From: Stylophora pistillata
Lineage: Eukaryota
Direction: 5' to 3'
DNA: 64,000 nt
NCBI RefSeq assembly: GCF_002571385.2
Contig: NW_019217800.1
Location: forward strand, 811,137 to 875,136
Shown here: one piece after another, positions 12,551 to 25,700 of the stretch
Layout of the letters: each line of letters opens with the position of its first letter
Position numbering within the stretch: position 1 is the stretch's first letter
Notes under the pieces: generated by a model
Told to the model about the DNA's origin: nothing
Database searches by the model: none
What the model saw: the letters and a program-made list of their open reading frames with translations, nothing else
Made by a program: the position numbers and the translations under genes

Positions 12551-14090
12551 GTTTCTTCAAACAATATCCCAGAATGCCACGCCAGCTGATGCGACTTTGC
12601 CGGGCCGAAACTGCCTCCTCCACCGAAGAGAGGCGATGGGGCCGAGTTTTTTCGTCTATATTCTTATTCATTGTTGAGAATATCTCCCCTAGTACCCAGT
12701 CCTATTGACACCCAACCCTTCCTCCCTCTCCGTTAATTTTTTTTCGGCGTGGAGAGGGGGCGACCTCACCCAAGTTGCGGCCAAACAGGTCTCCTATCCC
12801 CAGGCAACTTGCACGCAGTCGGCATATCGGGGATCAACAAAACTGATGTTTCACAAGACGTTAGGATGGATCTGGCCACGATTTTGCTCAATTATTCTTT
12901 ACCCTTTCATTCAGTCTCAGTTGTTTAACATTTCATCCATGCATAATTTCGGCGGTAAATCTTGAGCGAAAAGGTTCTCTGTTTCTTTAATTGTTAACGT
13001 GGTGGAGGTTCAAGAGAGGTTCTCGGCAGTCCTTAGTTTACATTTATATTTATTCTACAAATAATATATTTTCTAGAGAGTTTTTCACCAACTCTTCTTG
13101 CAAGGCTGTAATGATACTAACCCAACCAATCAGGTGTCCTACCCAAACCACACAATCCGCACAGGAAAAACACGAAAGCTGGGAAATACCAAAGCTGTGA
13201 CGATTGACTTTGATTCTTCCTTTAATTTCAATTCAAACATAACTTGCCTCTGCTTGTTTATGCAAAACTGCAGGGGTTTCAACTACTAGTTCCCATACCA
13301 CACTCATTTTGTTAATACCAACACTAGCCGATACAAGTCCTGGGTCCAATTCATGTTTCATTTCATCTCGCTAATAGATTATATGTAACCCTGTACTATT
13401 GCAATCGCTCTAATTTCAGAGGCCGTTTAAAAACCAGGCATTCCCCTATTACGATTATGTACTTCGGTGAGTGGGGCTGTTCTTGATCTTTTTCAAGTAA
13501 CAGATCTCTCACAATTTGGATTAAAGCAAGGTACAAATATTTGGGCAACAGAGACGGGGGTCTAACGTGAACCCTGTCAATCAAAATGAAAACGAAAGGA
13601 TAGTTGATTGGGAAACTGGGTTGGAGGGTAGGGTATTTCGTTGGGTATGGTTAATCCCAGGTTCCCTGATGATTAATATGGTGGTAGATAAAGCAGCAAA
13701 TGCTATGTTTTATATTTCATTTTTTCTCCCTTTTGAGCTCCTGCTTGGTTTCCTTAACGACTCCACAGTATGACGAACAAACACGCAAAAAACCTCTGCA
13801 CAAAATTAAAGAATTGATTATAAGCTTTCCTCAAAATGAACACGCCATTCATCCATCTCATGTAACCACAACCGAACGTGTGTGTACACGTACGAGACAA
13901 GTATTCGAAAAAGTTTCTTCACAAACGGAGAAAATCCAACATGAACTAGCTGAATTAGTTGAGATAGCTGGAGTTCATGTTGAAAGTTACGAATTCTGGT
14001 GTAAATGCCGGACAGTGCAGTAAAAAAATCAAGTTACTGCAGCAAGTTACTGCAGTTGAAGACTTCATAAAAGGTGTTTGGCTTCTAAAC

Positions 14091-17000
14091 TCATCGGTTT
14101 TTGTCTTGTTTTCTTGACGAATCGTCGTCATTTTCCGGAATAACTCGTGGCCCGACGGCTCTACGAGTTGCGCTGAGTAGTTCGGCATCGGGAAAGTTTC
14201 CATTTCCTCTGTGCTCGTACAGAAGAACGTTCAGAGACTCCTCGTAAATTCTTGAGTCCGGAAATTCGACTTTTGTCTGCGGTTTCTCTGTGGCATAGAC
14301 AATTGATGTGCAGCACACCTCAGCAAGCTTTTTTCCGTTTCCATAGAATGTCCAACAGCAGATTTCGTTGTTGCCGATCAAGTCCTTGATAAACAGAATT
14401 CTTCCATTGAATCGAAGCGACAGCTTGTCGAAGAGTTCAATATTTTTCAGCAAGTTATCATCTGACTGACTGTTGATGACCAAAAAAACAAAAATAAAAA
14501 CAAGAGATGCCATTATTTCCGTTTCCCTCGGGATACGTTAAGTCATTAATAAACAGGGATTTGCGAGACAAACAAAGCGGGGGAACGTTTAGCCTCTCGC
14601 ATTCTCTAATCAAGGTAAAAACTATGGGACAAACCAAGCTGCTGGAAAAGTATGTTTCCTATTAAAAAAGCAAGTATAAATTCATACAAGTAATATGGTG
14701 GGCTGCCTGCAAAATAAGACAAACAACAATTTACTTTGACCTTCGTCTAAGGCGGCATGGCACTTTGTTTTGTTTTTGTTTTGTTTTTCAAACATTCACC
14801 ATTCCAAAAAAAGAAAGATGGCAAATAAAGTTACCTAAAGGTACAACCCTCAGGTATGCAGTAGAGATTTTCTATGAAAAACTACCAGGTAAGAATCTTT
14901 TTATTGCTATTGGGAGTGACAAGTTTTAAAAACTTACCCAGTGTATGAATATTTGTTATTTGATCTGTTATACGACAGTTTCACCACAGGCTGTAGAGAA
15001 AGGGATAAAAATAAACATTTCTTTCAAATTTTTCAGTTCTTATTTTAACCTACAAACTGTGATGATCCTTGTTGAGAATGTCCTGTTTGGTCACATTTTC
15101 ACTCCAACAAGACTCTTTGGTGTAATGAGATTTAAAAGCCTGTCAAATTTCACAATTTGATGAAATAAATAATATATTTTACCCAAGGATGATAACATGC
15201 AATGACATTATCCCACTGGTGAGCTGTTATGAATCCTTTACACCAGAACATCAGAATGCATATTTACTATACTGTTCTCGATACATTATCCCACTGGTGA
15301 GCTGTTATGAATCCTTTACACCAGAACATCAGAATGCATATTTACTATACTGTTCTCGATACATTATCCCACTGGTGAGCTGTTATGAATCCTTTACACC
15401 AGAACATCAGAATGCATATTTACTATACTGTTCTCGATACATTATCCCACTGGTGAGCTGTTATGAATCCTTTACACCAGAACATCAGAATGCATATTTA
15501 CTATACTGTTCTCGATACATTATCCCACTGGTGAGCTGTTATGAATCCTTTACACCAGAACATCAGAATGCATATTTACTATACTGTTCTCGATACATTA
15601 TCCCACTGGTGAGCTGTTATGAATCCTTTACACCAGAACATCAGAATGCATATTTACTATACTGTTCTCGATACATTATCCCACTGGTGAGCTGTTATGA
15701 ATCCTTTACACCAGAACATCAGAATGCATATTTACTATACTGTTCTCGATACATTATCCCACTGGTGAGCTGTTATGAATCCTTTACACCAGAACATCAG
15801 AATGCATATTTACTATACTGTTCTCGATACATTATCCCACTGGTGAGCTGTTATGAATCCTTTACACCAGAACATCAGAATGCATATTTACTATACTGTT
15901 CTCGATACATTATCCCACTGGTGAGCTGTTATGAATCCTTTACACCAGAACATCAGAATGCATATTTACTATACTGTTCTCGATACATTATCCCACTGGT
16001 GAGCTGTTATGAATCCTTTACACCAGAACATCAGAATNAATGTTGGTCACTCTTAACCCTTTCACTCCCAAGGTCACCTTTCATTATTCTCCTCACTGTC
16101 GACCATTCAACTATTCTTATGAAGATAGTTTGAAGAATTTTGTATCGAGATCAACTAATAAATCCTGTGATTGATATACTTCTTTATTCTCATCCCTTGT
16201 CTGCTTGGTATTATATTATTATTGATATATTTCTTTATTATCATCCCTTGTCTGCTTGGTATTATATTATTGTTGATATATTTCTTTATTATCATCCCTT
16301 GTCTGCTTGGTATTATATTATTATTGATATATTTCTTTATTATCATCCCTTGTCTGCTTGGTATTATATTACTATTGTAGGGAGATGTTCTTTCTTGGTC
16401 ACGGATGGGAGTTAAAGGGATAAGGATCACTGGGTTGAATACCAACTGAAGACAATAAAACTTTAACAGACCTTTTTACCAGTGACAAGTTGCCTTTCCT
16501 CTTTGGATGAGGTTATGAGTGGAACACGGCAGATAGGGTCATGTTCTTCTTTTTTCTTTTCAAGTGCTTTTTCACACTGTTCAATGAGCTGCTCAATCAA
16601 GTAATACTTGGCTTCAATCAAGATTTCTTGCAACTCTACTTCATTTTGTGGTAATGGTACAGTTCCATCGCGCATGAAGTTTAAAATGAGGGAAAAATGT
16701 TTTCCACAGCGATCGATAAGAATCCAACCTAAACAATAACATAACAATCATCTCAAACAAGTCTTGCCAGTTATCAACAAGATTAGGAGACTTCCATCAA
16801 AAGCAGGTATTGCCTCATTTTTTTTACTCCAAGAATACAAGGGAACTTTGAGAACCTGTTGAGACTAATTTCCTTACAAAACATCATTGTTACACATATA
16901 AACATTTCGTCCAAAGCAACTTCCATCAAACGAATGAAAATGCTCAAGTCCAACCAAGTTTCAAATGAAAGAATCTTGGTTTGTCATTACCATTTACCAA

Positions 17001-18222
17001 TTGCAAGGAGGGTCAATTTTTCACCTACTTACAAGATTTTTTTAAGGCAAAACTCTTCTATCTCAATCACCATATAGGTAAATAGATGTAGAAGGAGAGA
17101 CTAAAAAGGGGTGAGAAGATTGCCTGAATCTGCATTACTTTTAAGCCCCATCTTTCCTTATTTAGTTTCATAGTATATTTCCTTGAATATTTTCTAGAAA
17201 AGGAGCTATCCAAATAATAAAAGTTAGTGTTATTGTTAGACTTATTGTATATGGGTTTACATTGTATGTTTTCATTTTGAAATCCCCAATTCCTAAGCCA
17301 AATCCACTGCTTGAAAGTAGTCAATGAAGTTATGAGGGGTTTGAATACACCACTTGCTAAACAAAACCTCTCTGTTAACTTTGTACCCTGGCATTTCTGT
17401 AATCATATTACCCATGGGCTTATTCAGAAATATAGGTATTTCCGACTATACTACCACCACCTTTTAGTCATCCTATGTGTGGAGTTTCATGCACTCTCCT
17501 CCAAATGTCCCTCCAAATTTCAGTTTTTCTTATTCCAATGTTTTGCTTCTACTCTCCTCATATTTTCAGCAATGTGAGCAAATGAGACACTACTATTTTT
17601 GAGCAAGAGATATTTCTAGATGTATTCATTTGTATAAATGGTGTCTCTTTTGTGACAAATAACACAAAACCAAATCAAACTCTTTGGAATAAATTCAATC
17701 CCACCGAATGCATGCATTCTGCCTCGATAAACATGGACGCAATATTCATAACCTTTTCAGTGGGAAATCCCATAGAAACTAAAGGAATAAAAGGGCAGAA
17801 TGTGAGATTCTCTTTTAAAATACATTATTTAGGAATATATTCATAGGTCTACAGTGAGAATGTACGAATGCTGACAGTATTATGTATCAATCATTAATTC
17901 TCCGACGCAGCCAAAATTATGTCAGTGTCATTGTGCTTCGCATGCAAATAATTGTTTAATAAAGCTTGGTTTATCTTTGGCAGCGAGACTGAAAACTATG
18001 GCTGACAGCTATTTGTATCCTACATCCTAATATCTTAGAACACAGCATACCTTCAGTATCTGTCAAAACCTCCAGTCTACCACTAAACATGGCTCTCAAC
18101 ATGCTATCTTGCTTGGTGAGTGTTCCGATGGTGGTGTAATGGAGAGATCCTCCCACATTCAACTTAACGTATTTTGTCGGCGATCCATGTACGGTCATAT
18201 GATGGGTTGCCTCTCCAGACAT
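14091..18222 (-). CDS. KCTD10: BTB/POZ CUL3 adaptor of the KCTD10/KCTD13/TNFAIP1 (BACURD) family, 286 aa; exons 18222-18051, 16728-16472, 14990-14938, 14469-14091
   Basis: [56 protein letters not shown] domain; [47 protein letters not shown] and [21 protein letters not shown] are family-typical. Phases are consistent. It is probably the pro-ortholog of the three vertebrate paralogs. Confidence 0.93.
15205..16037. repeat. 78-bp tandem array, ~10.7 apparently identical copies, truncated at an N join
   Basis: Unit ACATTATCCCACTGGTGAGCTGTTATGAATCCTTTACACCAGAACATCAGAATGCATATTTACTATACTGTTCTCGAT. It lies in KCTD intron 2; N at 16038. Confidence 0.97.
16053..16423. mobile_element. TTAACCCTTT-type MITE with an internal 51-bp unit repeated ~4x
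   Basis: Termini TTAACCCTTTCACTCCC / GGGAGTTAAAGGGATAA. Internal repeat TTGATATATTTCTTTATTATCATCCCTTGTCTGCTTGGTATTATATTATTA at ~16170-16375. Confidence 0.75.
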
Positions 18223-18450
18223 TCTCCTTCAACAAGTGAGCCTCTCAAAGGTTTCCCAATGAAGTGTGACAGACCTTCGCACAAAATATGCAGTTGTCCA
18301 GTTGTCTTGGTTAAATACCAGCTTCCCGAAATAAATGTTACTGGCTCATGTTCAGCGGGTGTTACGGCAATCGTATATGCCCATGTGAAGTGCCACTCTT
18401 TTCGACGTTTCAAAAATAATATACAGTGGTAAAATAATAAAATGATGATG

Positions 18451-18484
<34 letters not shown>

Positions 18485-19339
18485 AAACAGGCAAATTCTA
18501 CCTACGATGCCCTGTCCATACACTTTTAAATTGAAATGATTGAGGTAGCTGGAGTGATTCAAATGGAAACCTCAAGGTTTTCCACAAACATGCTTAGATG
18601 GAACACTTTCCTAAGCAACTGTTTTAAGGCAGAAATAAAAAAAAAAAGGCTCCCACGTCCTGTTCTAATAATTTTTCAAAAACAAAATAAATAAAACATA
18701 TAATTGAGTAAACGAAGGCTTGGGCCTCGTCAAACAAATTCCTCTTGATGTTGACAAGCTTGAACCTGTTTCCCCACTTCCTTTTTTTCCCTCAGCACTC
18801 ACGATGTTTCTTACCAACTCTGCCAGCCAACATGTAAAAAGTGCCTTTATGAAGAAATGTTAGCCGATGTAGTTGACTCTCTCCATTTTATATGTGTTTC
18901 TCCTCCGTCTATTTTTGTTTGGGTTTCCCATTGTTGTTATTCATTTATTTATTTATTTTTTTTTTTTTCAGTCTTTTGAGCGGAGTTACGACCAGCTTTT
19001 TTCACCCTGTCCCCTAGGAAAAAAAACTGATTCTATGCAAAAAGAAACTGCTTTCCTGCAAGTCTTTAATGGTTCGTCTGTATTGCATTAAGAAGGAAAG
19101 TTGGGCAAAGAAAATGCACTCAACTCCCCACTCGTATACCATAGTGCGATGAATTAAACACCTCTTGATAGGAAAAACATTGAAATACAATTTTATTGTT
19201 CCAGGTTATTGATATTCAGTCACTCGCCAAATTTTTTTACGCATTATGATAACACTTCATAAGTCACGTATCTTATAACTTCCTGTCTTAAAGAAAGTCG
19301 GGTGACGCTCTCTACAGGTTGATGAAAATCTCTTCTTTC

Positions 19340-19410
19340 GTTGTTGGGCTGTCATGTAACACGTGTTCTTCGCGTGTTACGTCAATCTGATTGGCTAACG
19401 CAGTTGAGAC
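19340..19410. promoter_or_regulatory. Candidate bidirectional promoter between the KCTD gene and BCKDK
   Basis: A CACGTG E-box, a TTACGTCA CRE/ATF-like site and a CTGATTGG (CCAAT) box cluster between two head-to-head genes. Confidence 0.45.
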
Positions 19411-19740
19411 CGTGCTCTCGCAGGGCTTGAAGATAGTAAATAGAGACTTCTCAAGAATACTGCAGCCGAGACAAACGAAAATGGAGAAGCCGAAATAGGT
19501 CAAGGTCATTCTATACTGGCTTAATCGTGGTTTTCCACATCCTTCCAGGATTTTGCAGTACTTCAGCCATACGGATCAATTTCGGTGCGAGAGAAAAATG
19601 GATGGATGACGAATCTTTTTACCAACAAGCCATCCAAGGACTTTACTGTCTCGATTTGTCGGTGTTTACAACACGTCCATATTGCACCTCGTTATTAAGG
19701 TTGTTTTGAATTTCCTTGATAGCCAACTTTTCCCCTTATC

Positions 19741-22700
19741 ATGAGTCGGCTATTCACGAATCTTTCCTTCGAATCATGGCTGAAGACGAACTGCCGGTGG
19801 ATTTGCCGGAGCAGCGAAACGCAGATAAGATGCAATGCTTCGGTTTTTGGCTCCCAAACACAAGCTTGGTCTTACGTGAAACAACAGACTTTGGATGAAA
19901 CGTCTGCGAAGGTTTGTTTGAATTATACACTAGTTGTGATGAAACTTTCATTGAAGCTGACCTGAACCGGCGTTTTTAATTGAATTTGACTTAAAGAGAT
20001 GAATGATCATCCACCAATCTGCCGTCATCACGATAGACGATCTAAAGCTTTTAAAAAAATAATAATGAAAACTTTTTTTTAAAATATCGTTTGGTTTCGT
20101 GGACGGAAGGTTAATTCGATTTCTAATTTTTTTTTTTTCAGCCATCGATTCGCCTGACCCCATTCCAAATGCTCTGGGCCGGAAGATTCAAAGATGGAAC
20201 CCACTTACTGGTAAGATAATAGTTATTTCTCTCGATAAGAAATGTACATTGTACTTTTAACTGTGGCTCAAATTATTTGCTTCCTTGTGTGTTTGGCTTG
20301 TTTCAAATCTATGCCTTTTCTTGAATGGACTGTTAAAATTTTTGAAGGTATATACAGTTAAGTTAAATAAATTCTTTTAGTTATTCTCCATGAGGACATT
20401 TCCATTTTTGTCGCTTCTGTCTCATCCATTGTTATTTTATTGCCGCTCAGAAATAAATTGTGATGCACTATAAATAACACCACCCTTTGTTTGATAGTTT
20501 GGCACTCAGTGGGCTACACTGCAACAAGAGCAACACAACACGCATTTAAACTAGCATTACCCTAGACAGCAGGATCTTTAGTTTTAAGTACTTTCTTAAA
20601 AAAGATAAAACATCTTTCCTTCCGTTCGTGGGAAGTGGAGATTTAAAGATAGTTATGCTCCTAACTCTAGCGAATTCACCTAAGCATGAAAACATGTTGT
20701 AACAGGCAGTCAAACAAAGTGTGATTACCGTCAAACAGAAAAGTCTGGAATAAAAGCTGTGAACAGTTTTCCACAGAAGGAATGACAAGTGCAAACCTGT
20801 ACCACCAAATCATCCTTTAAGTCAGATAAAGCAGTTTTAAAATTTTTGAAACTTTGGGTTATTTTTCTCAACAAGAAGAATACTGCCGTCATCTTTTTTA
20901 CTTATCGTTCGTTACATTTCTGCATATTTGAGAAAAAGCATGCAAATTATTTTCAGGGCAAGTTTGTTCTGGTAATCTTGAATAATTGCAGACAGTGGTT
21001 TTTGCTGTTGTCACAATCTTTCTAATAATTATTTTGACCCTTCCTAATTCAATCATTTTGAATTGAGCAAAAGTCATTTTAAGTTTACTTAAGAGTGAAC
21101 CAAAGTTACAAAATATATTCTACTTTTGAAGATCAGGGGGTTCAGCAGACTTGTAAACATTCAAAGGGTGATTTTTATAGCATTAATATTGCATCACAGC
21201 CAATGAAGTAGTTGCTTATCATAAAACAATTCATTGAGCATAAAGTTATTGCTGGTAGAGTAAAGCTATTTTTTTATAGTTGTACCCTTTTTGATATGGT
21301 GGCTTTAAATGTTAAGATTTTTTATATACAGATAAAACTTGTTTATCACTTTAATTTTTAACTTCAAAATAACTCATGCAGAACAATGTGAAGTTCCAAG
21401 CTACAGTAAGGCTGATGAATCCATAGAAATATGCATCTATCTGTAGTGGAACTTGTTCAAGAAGATTCTTTTTAGTGTAATGACTCATGTTATTAGAGCT
21501 TATTAAATTTCTGCACTTTCTAGACAGAATACTTAATTTGGTGTGCTAGCCAAAACTCTGCACATTTTTCAGTTTTATCCTGAAAATGTATTGGTTATTT
21601 TTTAAATTCAGTTTGCTGCTATGAAAGCTATTACTTTGTCCTTCTGTTTTGAAATATGTAGTGGAAAGCAATTTTGGAATAACCACATATTTTCTATGGA
21701 AAGTGGACAATGTTTAATGCTTGAATCCTTAATAGCATCAAGAGCTCCCTTGAAAGTAGAGATGGGGTTTGCTTATGTTAAAGGACAGTGAAAGTTAGTT
21801 GTTTTAATTTCGTTCATAGGACAGTAGAAGTTACTAGTTGTTTTAATTCTGTTCATGGTAACCTCTGTTGATGAGTTTGTTTTCATACTGAGCACCTGTA
21901 TATTAAGGATTAACAGCGGTCATATAATTAAACCTATCTGATGCTTTTGAATCAGACTTTGTATTTCATATAATTTTTTTCTCAGAAAAGTGCCCAGTTT
22001 CTTCAAAAAGAATTACCTATTCGTGTTGCTCGTCGTGTTGTTGACTTTCAAAAACTGCCTCACATTGCTCTGTGCAATCCAGTCATTCATGATATGGTAG
22101 GTCAACTTTGTACTTTGCTCTCATCACTTATTTATCTTATATAAATTAGGAATAACAACAAAGTTAAAATCCAGTGGATTAGGAGAGAACTAGGTTTTCA
22201 GCTGTGATGGGAATTCAACTTGAGTTTGAAGAGTTTTACACAGCTTTGCAAGGAGGATGACTGTATACTGGGTACATGCACCAAGATCAGACTAAAGAAA
22301 AGCAATGTGTGCTTGTTTTGCATTATGTTATAAATTATGTAGTCCAGTTTTAGGGTTTTATAGTTTCTTTTTTTTTTTCCAGTTCATTCCTTGAGATGAG
22401 TTCTGCTTATAATACACCCATTAGTTTTCTTTGTAACCTGAGAAATATTTCATGTTGCAGTATGAGCTATATCTTAGAGCTTTTAGTATGCTGTGCAAAT
22501 TTCCAAAGGTATGTAATGTATGATTCTTACAAAGGACTAGTCCATGAAACATGTCAGTAAAGCTGCAAGGCATCAGTAGAGAAAGTACACTTTTCCTGAG
22601 GCACTCCTAGTTAGCTTATGGAGACTTTGGTTATCAGACTAACCTTTTGTTCCTGAACATCATTATGTGTATTCTCTACTCTTAATGACTGGGAGAACTT

Positions 22701-25700
22701 GTGAAACAATCAAGAATGTCTGTTCTTAATATTTTCTTTAATCCTCATGACCTTAAGGTATAATTCAGATACAAAGCTGTAAGCAGGGCTCGACACTAAC
22801 TTTTCAACTTACTAGCCAAGTGGCTAGTGACATCTGAGATGTTTTTAGATTTTATGACAATTTCAGTCTGTTAACTAGCCAAACTGGCAAGTGGAAATTG
22901 AAAACCACTAGCCAAAACTGAATTTCTACTAGTCCTTGGCTTAAGTGGGCTACCGTTATTGTCAAGCCCTGGTAAGGAAGAAATTAACTTCTAGTCACTC
23001 ATAGAGGTTAAAGGATAAGGGGTTCGTGCCCTGAAATACTTGTTGCCTCGTATAGATGTATCACTTGCTTCAACTTTGGTACAGAGAGTTTGGCTATTAC
23101 TTAATTTCATAGGTGGAAAATCTTGAAGCAGAGGAAAGATATTGTCGCACTATCAGACAACTCTTGGATGATCATCAAAGTGTTGTCACCCACCTAGCAG
23201 AGGGATTCCATGAATGCCAGAAAAATGTCCCAGTAAGTCAGAATTTTTTCAAACAATTGATTTAACTTTCATCATTGTCCTTTTAGGGACATGATCTAGA
23301 TAGAAACTCATCATCAAACATTTTTCATGTTTGCAGTATGAAATAATAGATGCCTTTCTGAATCGTACCCTGACATCCAGGCTTGGAATCCGCATGCTAG
23401 CAGAACACCATCTTGCTCTTAGCGTGGACAAGGTGAGGCATTTTAGTTTTCGCTGTAAGGATAAGAAGCATGTGATAATACAAAATCATGTGGTGGTGCA
23501 CTGTCCATCATGTTGCAAGTGTCACAATGTTTTTTGGGCTTCTTTTGTTTTTTTGTCTTTGTTTTGTTGTGTTCCTTGAAGACCGTATCGTGCCACGATG
23601 ACAATTTTTATTCATTTAGTGAACAGTAAAAAGGTGGAAAATTTGATTTCTCATAAATGAAAGCTCAAATCTTTTTTATTTAATCAATTACAATTTATTT
23701 TAAGTCATGCTATTTTTCTTTCACTGAGATTAAGTAGCTCCTCTCTAATGGAATATTACTATTTTTTATATTAAATTTACTTGTATTTATATTTTGATAT
23801 CTACTGGAATTATTTTCATTCTAAATTGTTGAAATTGCTGAAAATGAGAGAAACCTACTTCCATTCAGCAGTAAAACTACATAATTAAGTGATACAGTAG
23901 TCTGGGTTTGGATTGTGGTGATAAAATGAGAATGGTAGCTTCAAGTGTTCTCTCTACTTGCTTCACCATGATATTTGAAATTTTTATGTGTTTCTCTTAT
24001 TTTCCTTGTGCTGTCTAGTGACTAGGGGTAAAATTTCTCTCTTTCTGGAAGTGGAATAAAAATTAATGTCATTTTGATATAATATGTGGAATGTTTGATT
24101 TGAACTGCCACAGCCAAACTACATTGGAATTATTTGTACTCACCTAAACCTCAAACAGATTGTTGAGAGAAGTGGTGACTTTGCCAGGTAAAATTTATTT
24201 TGTGCAGTCAGGTGTGATTATGTCAGTGGTAATATTCACGGCCTTAGCATTTTACTTGGGAAACAAGATGTTGACNATTTTCCTTGTGCTGTCCAGTGAC
24301 TAGGGGTAAAATTTTTATGTGTTTCTCTTATTTTCCTTGTGCTGTCCAGTGACTAGGGGTAAAATTTTTATGTGTTTCTCTTATTTTCCTTGTGCTGTCC
24401 AGTGACTAGGGGTAAAATTTTTATGTGTTTCTCTTATTTTCCTTGTGCTGTCCAGTGACTAGGGGTAAAATTTTTATGTGTTTCTCTTATTTTCCTTGTG
24501 CTGTCCAGTGACTAGGGGTAAAATTTTTATGTGTTTCTCTTATTTTCCTTGTGCTGTCCAGTGACTAGGGGTAAAATTTTTATGTGTTTCTCTTATTTTC
24601 CTTGTGCTGTCCAGTGACTAGGGGTAAAATTTTTATGTGTTTCTCTTATTTTCCTTGTGCTGTCCAGTGACTAGGGGTAAAATTTTTATGTGTTTCTCTT
24701 ATTTTCCTTGTGCTGTCCAGTGACTAGGGGTAAAATTTTTATGTGTTTCTCTTATTTTCCTTGTGCTGTCCAGTGACTAGGGGTAAAATTTTTATGTGTT
24801 TCTCTTATTTTCCTTGTGCTGTCCAGTGACTAGGGGTAAAATTTTTATGTGTTTCTCTTATTTTCCTTGTGCTGTCCAGTGACTAGGGGTAAAATTTTTA
24901 TGTGTTTCTCTTATTTTCCTTGTGCTGTCCAGTGACTAGGGGTAAAATTTTTATGTGTTTCTCTTATTTTCCTTGTGCTGTCCAGTGACTAGGGGTAAAA
25001 TTTTTATGTGTTTCTCTTATTTTCCTTGTGCTGTCCAGTGACTAGGGGTAAAATTTTTATGTGTTTCTCTTATTTTCCTTGTGCTGTCCAGTGACTAGGG
25101 GTAAAATTTTTATGTGTTTCTCTTATTTTCCTTGTGCTGTCCAGTGACTAGGGGTAAAATTTTTATGTGTTTCTCTTAGTTTCCTTGTGCTGTCTAGTGA
25201 CTAGGGGTAAAATTTCTCTCTTTCTGGAAGTGGAATAAAAATTAATGTCATTTTGATATAATATGTGGAATGTTTGATTTGAACTGCCACAGCCAAACTA
25301 CATTGGAATTATTTGTACTCACCTAAACCTCAAACAGATTGTTGAGAGAAGTGGTGACTTTGCCAGGTAAAATTTATTTTGTGCAGTCAGGTGTGATTAT
25401 GTCAGTGGTAATATTCACGGCCTTAGCATTTTACTTGGGAAACAAGATGTTGACACAATTAGAGATTTTTTTTTTTCTGCTGTCTTGGGGCTGGGACAAA
25501 GAAAACATCAGAGCTACGACCCTGTACTTTCTTGTCAGTAGTCACTTGGGACAGGGTTGCACATACTTAATGTGTTACTTTGCAGAGTTTTCAACTTAAG
25601 ATATAGATATGTATATGTATCCAGTTACTTTAAACCTTATTATAACACAACCAAAGTAAAGTGTACGCTCTGATTGGTCAATTCAGCTTCCACCATTTGC

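Noticed and set aside
12700-14050. Additional gene between IFT20 and the KCTD gene
   Set aside because: Only short ORFs with no recognisable motifs or coherent exon chain; consistent with the KCTD 3' UTR and IFT20 promoter.
15189-16133. 314-aa repetitive ORF / CRISPR-like array
   Set aside because: It is a by-product of a 78-bp tandem repeat in an intron. It has no unique spacers and reads through an N.
16140-16445. Hydrophobic repetitive ORFs on both strands
   Set aside because: These are translations of the 51-bp repeat inside a MITE.
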